A stretch of 64,000 nucleotides of DNA. Origin: Eledone cirrhosa. Taxonomy: Eukaryota. Positions within the stretch are counted from its first letter, which is position 1; every line of letters starts with the position of its first letter. The stretch is taken from assembly GCA_964016885.1 (NCBI GenBank), contig OZ024743.1, positions 293,942,001 through 294,006,000 of the forward strand, given 5' to 3'. The notes below the pieces were generated by a model that was not told the origin of the DNA, made no database searches, and saw nothing but the letters and a program-made list of their open reading frames with translations. The position numbers were made by a program, and so were the translations under genes. This document shows positions 10,953-22,835 of the stretch, piece by piece.

Positions 10953-13713
10953 GTGAGGAAATTACTTGGCATGAAAGCGAGAGGAAACAACAAACAAGAA
11001 AGATCAGAACCTTGGTGGAAGAAACGACTGAATGGTCAAATCAGGGAAATGAGAAATGACATTGGAAGATTGAGTCCCTACTGAATGGGACACTAAAAAA
11101 CATAGACACTAAAAATAGACAGGAAATAAAGTACAAAACTAGGAGGAAAAAGCTAAATATTATCATAGAGGAACTGAAGCAACGCATTGTAGCAAAGAGT
11201 GCACAAATTAGGCGATACGAGAGAAAAGTCTGTCAGTATAGACAGAACCGCATGTTTGACAACAACCAGAAGATGCTGTTTGGACAGCTTGAGGGGAAAG
11301 AAAGAGGCAACGACTAGATCCCTGAGGCGGAACGAACTAAGACGTTCTGGAGAGGAATATGGGATCAGGATGTTAAATATAATGACCAGGCAGTGTGGAT
11401 TGAGACAGTACAAAAGGATATTAGTGAACAGGCACACCAACAAACTGATTTGAGTATCACAGTTGAAACTCTTAAGGGGCAGGCCAAAAAACTAACCAAC
11501 TGGAAATCACAGGCCCAGATGGTGTGCAGGAGTATTGAATTAAAAATATAACATCCCTCCACCCGAAACTGACAACCACGTTCAATGACTGCTTGATGTC
11601 AGGTGAGGTACTAGAGTGGTTGACAAAAGGTACCACAGTTCTGGTAATGAAAGACTGAATCAAGGGTAATGATGTTACCAACTATAGACCTATCACATGT
11701 CTGTCCGTAATGTGGAAACTGTTGACAAGCATTATGTCTGAGGAAATCTACCATCACCTCCACACAAACAACTTGTTACCGGAAGAACAGAAAGGATGCC
11801 GAAAGAAGTCCCGTGGTACAAAGGACCAGTTACTTATTGATAAGATGGTAATGAGGAATTGCAAGAGGAGACACACTGGTCTTGACATGGGATGGATAGA
11901 CTACAAAAAGGCATTTGACATGGTGCCTCATTCTTGGATCACCAAAAGCCTAGAGATCTTCAAGGTGGCAGATAACATCAGACAGTTGTTGGGCAAAAGT
12001 ATGAAGTCCTGGAAAACAGAGTTAACATCAGCTGGAGTTTCCTTGGGAGGCGTGACGATCAAGAGAGGTATCTTCCAGGGAGATAGTCTGTCCCCTCTGT
12101 TGTTTGTCCTTGCCCTGATGCCCCTGACCATTATACTGCGAAAAGTGAGAGCAGGATACAAGTTGGGAAAGGGAGAGCTTATAAATCAATCACCACTTCT
12201 TCATGGACGATCTTAAGCTCTTCGGGAAGAGTGAGAAGGAGTTGGATGTGCTCGTTGGCACTGTCCGTATTTTCAGCAATGATATATGTATGCAATTTGG
12301 TATTAGTAAGTGTGGAGTCCTTGTGATGAAGAGGGGTAAATTGAGCAGAAGCAACGGAATCCAGGTACCAACAAGTGAGATGATAAAGGAAATTGACACT
12401 GAAGAAGGATACAAGTATTTGGGTGTTCTGGAGGCTGATGACACAAAGAACAAAAAAAATGAAGGAATTGATAAGATCTGAATACATTCGGAGAATAAGG
12501 AGCGTATTAAAGTCACATCTGAACATTAGGAATGCCATAAATGCAGTAAATTCCCGAGCTGTGTCTATTATTAGGTACATTGCGGGAATTCTGAGATAGA
12601 ATGTTGTTGAACAAAAGGAAATGGATAGGAAGACTAGGAAGCTATTGACTATCTACAGCATGTTCCATAAGAGGAGTGATGTCGATACTTAAGGAGATCT
12701 GAAGGTGGAAGAGGTCTTACCAGCATAGAGGACTGTGTTCAGATGGAGAAAAACAACCTACACAAATACGTGACTGATAGTAAGGAGCCAATGCTCAGAA
12801 CTGTACTGAAGGAGAGGACAATAGACCAGGGGATGTCCAAGGAGGAAATAACATCAAGGAGAAAGAGCAGCCTTCAGGAAAAATCCCTTCATAGTACCTT
12901 CTTTGAGAAAACGGAATTCAGAGATCCACAGAGAAGGAACTGGTTGAAAAGAGGAGACCTTAAAAAGGCTACAGAAGGAATGTTAATGGCTGCGCAGGAG
13001 CAGGCCCTCAAAACGAAGTGGTTGAAACACCATATATTCAAGGAGGAGGCTAGCCCACTGTGCAGGATCTGTGGAGAGGGAGAGAGAGAAGTGACTGTGG
13101 CTCACAATGTATCCGAATGTAAACACCTAGCCCAGACTCACTATAAGGGCTGGAGACATGATGTGATGGGCAGGGTGATCCACAGGCACCTATGCAAAGT
13201 GAACAATTTACCACATTCTGAGAAGTGGTATGAGCATAAGCTAGAGTCGGTGATAGAAAACGATCAGGTGAAGGTGCTGTGGGATTTTAGGATACAGACG
13301 GACAAGTAACTGGAACACAATAGGCCTGACCTGGTGGTTTTGGACAAGGAAAAAAGATCGTGCCTGATTGTGGATGTGGCCTGCCCATTCGACACGAGAA
13401 TGCAAGAGAAGGTGAGGGAGAAAATTAACCGATACCAGGACTTAAAGTGGGAGGTAAAAAGGATTTGGAACTGCCATGAAGTCAAAGTGGTCCCGATTGT
13501 CATAGGCGCACTAGGTACTATCTCAAAAAGATTCCAGGGATGGTTAAAGAAAATTGGCCCCTTCACGCTTTTTGGAACGCTTCAAAAGGCATGCTTGCTG
13601 GGAACAGCAAGAACCCTCCGATACGTCCTGAATATCTGAGGCTGCAGCTAGTGGCTTGATATTCATTTCAACAAACTTTCCAGTTAACTAACATCAATGA
13701 CTGAGACTCAAAG
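10953..13713 (+). mobile_element. R4/Dong-type RLE non-LTR retrotransposon, 5'-truncated copy 2 with RT (pseudogenised)
   Basis: RT motifs [45 protein letters not shown]; same CCHC/RLE C-terminus and 3' UTR as copy 1; several stops and frameshifts; ends in (TAA)n. Confidence 0.92.
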
Positions 13714-13774
13714 AATAATAATAATAAGAAGAAGAAGAAGAACAACAACAACAATAATAATAATAATAATAGTA

Positions 13775-14599
13775 ATGATTTCTTTATTGGCCACAAGCGC
13801 TGACATCAAGAAAAACATTACAGACGGCACAGGACGGTACAGGACATTACGATGTGGGTTTTGTGCGTGTAAAATTTGTTATTATTTATATAAAAAAAGA
13901 AAAGAAGACATAGAAACATATATATATATATATAAACAATAAAAATGAAAATTGAAACAGCGAAAAATTCCCCAATAGGGGGGAAACCTCCGAGGGTTAC
14001 TCGTGGCGGAAACCACACACAAGACCACGGCCACCCTGACCACCAGGGCAAGCGCCCTCTCTCAATTTTTCCATTTCTCAAACTACAGGCGTATATTCAG
14101 AGCGGCCCCGTTCACTCGGACCATTCTCGCTACATTCACCCACCTTTCAACAAACTTGCTAGAAGGCAGCACTTGCCTCTCCACCCTGATTTTCCTCTTC
14201 AAGTGAAACTTGAAAAAGTTAATTAGGGATTCGCCGAAGAGGAAAGTGTCTGTCTTTAACCCTTTAAACCTTGTCCACCACACAATCTCTTTCGCCATGG
14301 CCACCAGGCAGATGACAACCGCCTGCCCTCCCTCCTCGAAGGAAGAGGCGAGACCATCTGCACAATGGACACAGTCGATAACCGGATCAGTCCCACACGC
14401 GACAGCAACTGTTCGACATAGCTCCACAAGTCAGCAATGCTCGGGCACTGAACGAGTGCGTGCACGACGCTTTCATCGCTCTGCGCGCATCTCGGACAGG
14501 CACTGCTTACGGCACTTCCGTGCCTGTAGAGCTTATCTCGAACCTCCAACGCTCGCCGGTAGCTCTGCCAGGCAAGTAACTTTTGGAAGTTATCTATAG
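13775..14599 (-). mobile_element. Tx1 copy C, 3' fragment (ORF2 C-terminus and 3' UTR)
   Basis: Homologous to copy B 3633-4415 (CPRCAQSDESVVHALVQC; MAKEIVWWTR); same AATAAA-GAAATCA-(TTA)n end. Confidence 0.9.
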
Positions 14600-15730
14600 T
14601 TGCCCTCCTACTCACTGCGTTTGTTTTCTGCCCTGCTCTTGGTAGCAGAGGACCAGGTATTGGAAGGTAACGGGCAGGAAACAAACGCAGTATCCCCTTC
14701 CACGTTGAGTAGGAGGGCAACGTCCGTGGCACCCGTAACAATGCCACGGACAACTAAAGCAGCAGCATCAGTGGCGGCAACAACCAATAGCTACATTTAC
14801 AGTAGCTGCACCAGCAACAAAATAGCCGGAGAGGGCTCCACTACCACCACCAACAGCCGTGGAGCACATACCCTCCCAGACGCCACGGAATCCGACATGC
14901 AGTCTGAGGCGGGAGTGAAGTGGCAAACGGTCTGCCACAAAAAACAAAAAAACAAAAAAAAACTTAGATTCACCCTCCAAAAGCGAAGGCACACAAAGAG
15001 CGGTAAAGGCTGGAAGGAGACTTGCAGCCACACCACCACCATCACCATGACCACAACAAGCACCACCGCCAACAACAACCACACCAAAACCAGCATCACC
15101 AAAAAACACCAACAACGCAAACACAACAAAACGCACACACCCCACCAACACCAAGAACTCTCCCGACAAACATAAGAATCATTGATATCAAAATAGAACA
15201 GTACAAACTTTTAAAACAAAAAATTCCCCAACTCAGTTGGAGACTTCAGAGGGTCGGTTACCAAGAGGATATACACTGACATCCTCTTGTAATCACCCTT
15301 GACCAGCGAAAGGGACGGTTCTACTGTCCCTTCACCACACGATCAAGGTAAGTGACCCTTTCTGACTTGCCCCGTTTCTCATCCAACATGGCTGTACTTA
15401 GAATAGGCAGTATAAATGCACGTGGCCTGGGGTCATCTTAGAAGCAGGGTCACCTGCTCAACGACCTCAGGTCACTAAACATAGATGTGGTGGCAATCAG
15501 CGAGACCAGAATCTCCGAAGCACAAGTCTTAGCACCGATCTTCGGCGGATACGATGTATACGCATCTCCCAGCCGTCTAGGATCGGGGGGAGGGGTTGCC
15601 GTCCTTTTTCGGAGAGGCTTGGATCTCGCCATACGGGCCATCTTCCTGGACTCAGAAGGTAAGTCGGTGGTGCTGGGACGTGACCGGCAGCGAAGGCAAT
15701 GCTTTCAGGCTAGTAGCCATATACGGCCAG
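14600..15730 (+). mobile_element. Inverted Tx1 fragment: ORF1 C-terminal half and ORF2 N-terminus (APE), pseudogenised
   Basis: LPDATESDMQSEAGVKWQTV matches ORF1-B LPDLTESDMECKVGEGWQKV. ORF2 ATG at ~15388 (MAVLRIGSINARGLGSS*KQGH). Ends at (TTA)n 15731-15765. Confidence 0.88.
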
Positions 15731-16179
15731 TTATTATTATTATTATTATCATTATTATTATTATTTTGAATTTTATATCTTTCATTGATTTTATCTAACC
15801 GGTTATTATTCTTATTATTATTGCTACTGACGATTGGTTTGTTCAGATGTACATTTTATCAGTCTGGTAAGTTTTGTTTCAGTTCTTTGTCATGTCCTCT
15901 CTTTGTTAATTTTCTTAAGTTTACATATATGTATATATTGTCTACTTTGTGATAGCAAGTTTAAAAAATATGCAGAAAACATTATTAAATTCTGAATTCT
16001 ATGAGATAAATAAAGCTTACAAGTAGAACCATAGTTTCATTTGACTACTTACCTGATCAACATTATGCCTTAGGAGGTTTGGAACGAAAGTTTGATCGAC
16101 GTGCTGATCGAACGAGATCACAGTTTATGCGTGTAAAATCCTGGTTTAGCTCACAAATTACAACACAAACACCACACAG

Positions 16180-16507
16180 ATGCCATGTTAGATCTGTGTT
16201 GGTTCCGAGACGATTTCGTTAGTTGTTAGAGCAACGGAACAGCCCGCTCATGTAATTAACGTGCATGTGACTGAGCATTCCTCAGAAACGGGTATCCTTA
16301 ACGTTGTTCCAAGAGAGATTGAACTTACCACAGTGGGGAACAAATTCTATGAATTACAGTTTCAAATCCTTTTTTTTTTAAAGATGAGTGGACTGAAGCA
16401 ACATGAAATAAAGTGTCTTGCTCAAGGACATAGCGCACCGCTGGGATACAAATTCACGACCATATGATTTTGAGTCGAACAGTCTAATCACAACGCAATG
16501 CGCCTTC
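16180..16507 (-). mobile_element. tRNA-derived SINE (degenerate)
   Basis: Minus strand has a tRNA-like head then GTCCTTGAGCAAGACACTTTA. Related head at ~33490-33583 (-); related body segment at ~36855-36980 (+). Confidence 0.6.
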
Positions 16508-17444
16508 GCCACACACACATACATCTTAGCAGGAAAGGAATAAGTCTCTCCGAAGACGGATAAATATCCAGAAACAGTGCCTTTTGTTGTTAAGAATAGC
16601 AGTGACATGATTACAGCCAATTAAAAATTCATAACGAGGCTAAAAGGATGTTTATCATACAACTCTTGTTATGTTTCACGCTATGTCAGAGCATTACTAA
16701 TATTGTGTGTGTGTGTATATATATATATATATACACACACACACAAAAAAACATCACAAATAAACAAGCAATCTCTCCTTTATTGTCAGACAAACAAATG
16801 TGAGTGGTCTAGTGGTTTCTGTCTCTTATCTTGCAGCAATAAAAATAGCATTTTAAATGAAATTTACAATCACCCCCTGGATATTTTGCTTTCGATAATT
16901 CTTTATATTACAATTTGAATGTTTGAATGTTTTTAAATATAAATAGAGCCGCAGGAATTGTATTAAAAAGAAAGAACAAAATCCCCCCAAATAACGTTTT
17001 CTATTCATTTATTTTAAAATGCGTCGCTTTAAAATAGAGAAACATAACAATAGAAGATATAATATAAAATGAAATGGCCGAAACGTAAGAATTATGATCT
17101 CACTGGATAGGACGATACATAATATCGCATTATTGCAATTGTTGATTTCCTTTTATTGATGATGTCACTGTTCTGTCCTACATGTTTGCTTGTTTGTTAT
17201 GAGTAACGTTAAGAATTTTAATATCAAATAAACATTATTTTATATGAACGATTGAAAAATGGCGAAATTCAGTTCAACTGTCCTTTCTTCATGGACCCAT
17301 TAAAATTCTCAAAAACATATGTGAATTTCTATAAGGATTTTAATTGATTGGATAATTCCAGAATAAATAAAACCATCGCATGTTTTCAGAAACTATATTT
17401 ATTGTGAAAAATATATCAAAAAGCGTCAGCGAATTGAAAGCAAA

Positions 17445-18825
17445 TTCAATGGGATAAACGGCAGTCTATTTTTCTTCACACATTTCTTTGAAGTCTGGTT
17501 TAATGGTAAACAGTTCTTTCCTCATGTTTGCCTTGGCGCTCAATCTATTTTAAGATTAATATCTATTGTTGTATCTGAAGAAAATCATACTTCACTTAAA
17601 TGTGTAGCTGGAAAGAAGAGGATTACTTTAATAACCTTTTTACTGATAGCTTGTTTTATAGTACACCAATTTTTTGACATTGACAGACTTTTGAAAGCTG
17701 CTTTTAAACTGTTCGTATTCCGTTGTATTTAAATATGCCGGTCTTTATTGCGCATTATTGAATATATATTTAATTCAAGCATTGTTGTGTAACATGATAC
17801 TAGGGTCATTTGGAAAGTATTTACTAACGGAATTATAAATATCTACAAAATGTTGATGCATTTCATTAAAAAATTGTTTAAAGATCATTTGCATTAATTT
17901 CACAACTTAGATCACTCGAAATGTTTATAAAAATATTTACGTTATCAAGCCCATGGTTTTGTTGGCAGGCTTTCCGAAAGCTAATTTCCTTTTGAAGGCT
18001 TGGAATTTATTAATGGCGGCAAAAGCCTTTACTTCTTTTGCAATGAAAGGTTAACGTAATTCATTTTGACAGAAGATAAAAGCCACATAAATAATCTGAG
18101 CAACTACATTTTGTCTGTTAATCGTTCTGTAAATGGAAATATGTTCAATAAAAAAAAAGCTTAATTCACTAACAACTTTGTACGAGAAAAAACATTTCAC
18201 TTCGGTACGCAGCAAAAGAGCTTTGTGGGTACATCCCATTTCATCATACATGATATCAAAAACACGCGTGAGTAAACTATTCAGTGATGCAGTTACTAAT
18301 AATACACGTGCAAGGGATACAAATGTTAACCATTCAAATCCTGATAACCAACATACTTGTTTGTCTAGTTATAGAAACAAAAGAAAGTGCATTTCTGTAA
18401 TAAATACATTTATTATATCTGGGATAGGTAAACATTACATCAATAATTATGTGTTTCATGGCTGTAAGAGTTAAAGCAAGCATACAACGACCATGGCAGT
18501 AATTGCAAATTCTGTATAACAGAGAACCTTAAGATACCTTAAGCTGAACAGAGAACCTCAAGCTGTCTGTAAATAAAATGAATGGGATGGAAGAAGCATT
18601 TTCCTCTTATTTGCATACAAGACAGTTTATGCTATAATCTGTTAAGCACATTGTTATTCTAGGTACCTAAACTTATTCACGTAGGCCCCAATAATGCAAT
18701 ATGACAAATTATCATTTTAAATACCTCCCCGTTGTTTCTATACTTTGGCCGTATATATGAAGGAACACACTGTGAACAAAGATTTTCGCCTTCCTCCGTT
18801 TTATGAGTGGATCAGTTATGCTCAG
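17445..18825 (-). pseudogene. Decayed hAT (Buster/Charlie-like) DNA transposase
   Basis: Minus-strand fragments CIYYRNAL (~CIIHREAL), YDEMGCTHKALLLRTEVK (~LLLHTEVRW) and KKVIKVILFFPATHLSEV*FSS...RLSAKANMR (hAT C-terminal dimerisation domain); many stops and shifts. Confidence 0.8.
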
Positions 18826-18830
18826 ATAAT

Positions 18831-19017
18831 TGTTTCTACTTTTGGCATAAGGCCGGCATTTAGCCCAGTGCATTACTGGTGCTTTATTTCATCGACTCCG
18901 TAAGGATGAAAGTCAAAGTTAACCTCAGCGGGATTTTAACTCGCAACGTAAAGGAACATAACTCTGTGCTGCAAACATGGTGTCTGACGCTCTAACGATA
19001 CTGCCAATCTACCGCCC
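18831..19017 (-). mobile_element. tRNA-derived SINE with Nin/Deu-like core, flanked by TSD
   Basis: Core CTTTCATCCTTACGGAGTCGATGAAATAAAGCACC on the minus strand; direct repeat CTCAGATAAT at 18821 and 19022. Confidence 0.8.
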
Positions 19018-19494
19018 ATTACTCAGATAATGAAGAGAGAACATATCTTCTTATAGCATCTAATAGTGAAGGTATAATAAAATATGTGAATCTAAATTCG
19101 TATAATGTATAGTCCACTAGCAATCGGGTTCGATCCTAACATTCAACGACAGCCCCGTGTGTGTAAGATATTCGAAAATTTATCTTGCAATTTGTTTTTC
19201 TTTGTCAATGACTCTTCTTAATATTCCTCTTCATTTACTTTTGGTTTACCTGTTGTTTTGCCTCGGTTCAGAATGTCGATCAGCTTAGTTATGTAATCTC
19301 ATCACTCGGACAAATGTCTGCCCATGTTAAACTATGGTAGCATGCGTATCCCACCAGTTTGAAGGATTCACGAAAGCAAGAACTCCATGACATTCGAGTC
19401 ACTGGTTTAGCTTCACATTTATAGATTATTCTACCTATGTATTGAGATCTGTTACCCTCCCTTCACATAGCCAGGACTATATATCATCATCACA

Positions 19495-19550
<56 letters not shown>

Positions 19551-19555
<5 letters not shown>

Positions 19556-19775
19556 GAAGGAGTTGTGGTAAGGAACCAGATGGACCATAACGCACTAAAG
19601 TACTCAATACTTAGGGTAGTAGAGTGGGTAATAGGAGAAAGTATGACCCCGACGGCACAGCTCAAGTCGTTTCGACGGCTATTTCTGGACTAATGAGTCC
19701 AGAAATACCCAGAAATTAGTCCAGAAATAGCCGTCGAAACGGCTTGAGCTCTGCCGTCGGGATCATACATTCTCC

Positions 19776-19778
<3 letters not shown>
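19551..19778 (-). mobile_element. Small fold-back element between (TA)n tracts (~64-bp inverted arms plus 80-bp tail)
   Basis: Arms 19631-19694 and 19715-19778; homologous to 29136-29275 and 48890-49000; contains HHR stem III GAAACGGC...GCCGTC. Confidence 0.75.
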
Positions 19779-19807
<29 letters not shown>

Positions 19808-19836
19808 CTAGCAGATGTACCCGGCGTTGCTCGGGT
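19808..19836 (-). mobile_element. Helitron-like 3' terminus
   Basis: Minus strand ACCCGAGCAACGCCGGGT hairpin followed by ...CTAG|T; 5' end not located. Confidence 0.65.
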
Positions 19837-20459
19837 ATTAAATACCAGTTATGTATACCATTTATGTCAATACTTCAGTACTGCTGCGAAAACTATACTT
19901 TTACAAAATCATCGGCTTTTTCCAAAAGGGGGTTCCGGCCCCAAGGGGTCCCCTACTCAATATGTGCCAATTCTGAGAGTTCACATTCATCTGTAGAACA
20001 AACGTTGCCCATGTGTCAAGTTTTGTGAAAATTGGTTGCGAACTCCAGAAGTTATGACGTTTTGTTGCATTGCACTGCAGTGCTTCAGTCGACTCCAAGG
20101 AAGCGGTTGAAGGGGATTATCTGCCGGGAGGCCCTATAATCAATATCTGGAAAAATGAAGGTGCCCATGACCATCCGGAGTACATAAGTAACCTTTGTCT
20201 TATGTCTGGTGAAAATACTGTAGACATGCATAAGGTTTACACACACACGCGCGCGCGCGCGTGTGTGTGTGTGTTTGTGTGTGTGTGTATGTATTTGTGT
20301 GTGCGTATGTATATGTATGTGTATTTCGGTCGGCGTATACGTATGAACTGGCCTAAATCTTCACTATTTACTTTTACTATTTTAATAACCTTTGTCATTT
20401 TCGTTTTCAATTTTATTCACATCATTCTTAAACTCCGGGGCTGGAAATCATTCAGTTAT

Positions 20460-20752
20460 TTTAAATAGAATATTAATCTAACGACTTCATTTATACCATA
20501 AACCTGGTCTTGTCTTTGCATGAAATTGTTCTTCTCTGTCCACACAACGACGTATTATCCTCGCTTTTTTCCCGTTCATTACCAGGGAACGTCTTCACAA
20601 ACCAAAATATCGTCTTCCTGTTTTCCTTCGGTTGCAACGTTTCTCGAAATATTTACTTCTGCGTTCACAGATTATTTTTTTTGGCTTGAGAAGGTCACAT
20701 TAATGTTGAAAGCAGCGATTCTTTGCTTAAACTTTAATCTGTTCTTATAACA
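20460..20752 (+). repeat. Copy of dispersed non-coding 'family X' (also 25068-25350, 27131-27260, 27640-27797, 28160-28377, 61706-62552)
   Basis: Reverse complement of the shared TTAAAATAACAGATTAAAGTTTAAGCAAAGAATCGCTGCTTTCA segment; ends at (TA)n. Confidence 0.75.
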
Positions 20753-20805
20753 AATATATATGCATATGTATATATGCATATATATATATGCATATGTATA
20801 TATGC

Positions 20806-20902
<97 letters not shown>

Positions 20903-21377
20903 ATTAAATAAATGGAAAACTATATTTATAAAACCATATTTATTTCATTATATATATTTCGGGGATATCATATTAACAATATGCTATGCCTTCATCAGAC
21001 AAAATACAATATAAACAGTTTTATAGATAAATATATTCGACATACCGTAATAAACATCAACTTCATTTGAAGAGGTTTACTCTAGCAGTGAAAATACAGA
21101 GAGAAAGAAAGAGAGAGAGAAAAGAGGGAAATAAGAAAGAAAGAAAGACAAAACGAAGAAAAGGAAGAAAAAGAAGAAAAAGAAAAAGAAGAAATGCATG
21201 GGACAAAATAGAGAGATGGAAAAATAGATAAAGCGAAGAGCTTCATGTAAAGAGACAGAAAGAGATATATATATATATATAGAGAGAGAGGAAATAGAGA
21301 TAGATACATATATAAATATAGATATAGAAAAATTAGGTAGTGGGAGGTCATTTTGAGTAAGTGTATCAATGATGCAT

Positions 21378-21428
<51 letters not shown>

Positions 21429-22178
21429 GCTCAAGTATTAATGTAAGGGAGATATATAGAGAGATATAGAGAGATATAGAGAGAGAAAAAATTTAAAAAT
21501 AGCCAGACATATTCGAGGCGTAGAAAACCCTATGTTTTAATGTATTAGTATTTATAAAACTTACACTATATTGTAAATATCAGTATTCCTGAATGAAACA
21601 AGTATTCACAATGCGTGAAAATTCATTATCTTATGTTTAGTTTTTTAAAAAATTCATATGTCTATGTGAATCCAACTGATTCACTCCGCAAATTCAAAGT
21701 TACCGGAAAACATTCTCAATGTGGTATAAAAATTTGAGCGTATTATTATTCTTGCGATTACTCTACAAGATTATCTATCAAGCAGAAATAGAGAGCAGAT
21801 TTCAATATACTAATCGAAAATATATATTATATTATAAGCAGAGATAACAATAATAATGATAATAAGTAAAAATATATAAAAATATAAAAATATAGAATAG
21901 AAAACTAAAAAAGAATATTACGAAAGAATATTACATAATAAAAATATTGCATATTAAAAATACTACGTATTAAAAATATTACGTATTAAAACTTTACATA
22001 TAAAAATATTAAAAATAAAAATTTACATATAAAAATATTAAAAATAAAAATAAAATAAAATAAAAAATAAAAAGTAACAACTTTTTTAATTACGGCAACA
22101 ACATTAACAACTATAATAGAAAGCAATACAATAATTCCAAAGGACAAAAAAGAAATAGAACTAGGAACATAATTTGGT

Positions 22179-22835
22179 TTGCCCCCCCCTTTCTCACTAA
22201 ACATTAAAACCCACATCGCTAAATTATTTTTCAAAGCTCTTGATAATCGCTTCCCTAGAACACATAGGTACCACTCAATCTTCAATAGGCATACAATTAA
22301 ATTAACCTACTCATCCACCAAAAATTTAGCACAAAATATTAATAGAATAAATAATAGGAACTTAAAACCTACTGATAATAGCATAAATAATATACAAGTT
22401 AACAAATGTAACTGTAGAGATAGATCTAAATGTCCGTTAAATAACAACTGCTTAGTTAAAAATATAGTATACAATTGTAATGTTAATACTGACTCTAATT
22501 CTTTTAACTACGTCGGTTCCACATCGACGGAATTTAAACTTCGCTATAATAACCACAAGAATTCTTTCACAGATCCAAATAAAAAATCTTCAACGGCACT
22601 ATCAGGTGTACTCTGGCAACTTAAGCTAGATAACGTTAGATATTCGACGGCTTGGAATATAGTCTCAAGAGGGATTCCTTTTAATTCATCCTCTGAGACA
22701 TGTGACCTCTGCGCAGAGGAGATATTCTTTATACTAAAATCTAAAAATTCCCTTAACCTACGGACAAATTTATTCAGTTGTTGCAAACATAGATTAAACT
22801 CAACGTTTAAATATAAATTTAAATTTAAAATGTAG
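22179..22835 (+). CDS. Penelope (Naiad-type) C-terminal GIY-YIG endonuclease, partial
   Basis: PPFSLNIKT...IFNRHTIKLTYS, CNCRDRSKCPLNNNCL, NIVY...YVGSTSTEFKLRYNNH, CDLCAEE, CKHR. Confidence 0.88.
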   Translation: MPPPFSLNIKTHIAKLFFKALDNRFPRTHRYHSIFNRHTIKLTYSSTKNLAQNINRINNRNLKPTDNSINNIQVNKCNCRDRSKCPLNNNCLVKNIVYNCNVNTDSNSFNYVGSTSTEFKLRYNNHKNSFTDPNKKSSTALSGVLWQLKLDNVRYSTAWNIVSRGIPFNSSSETCDLCAEEIFFILKSKNSLNLRTNLFSCCKHRLNSTFKYKFKFKM

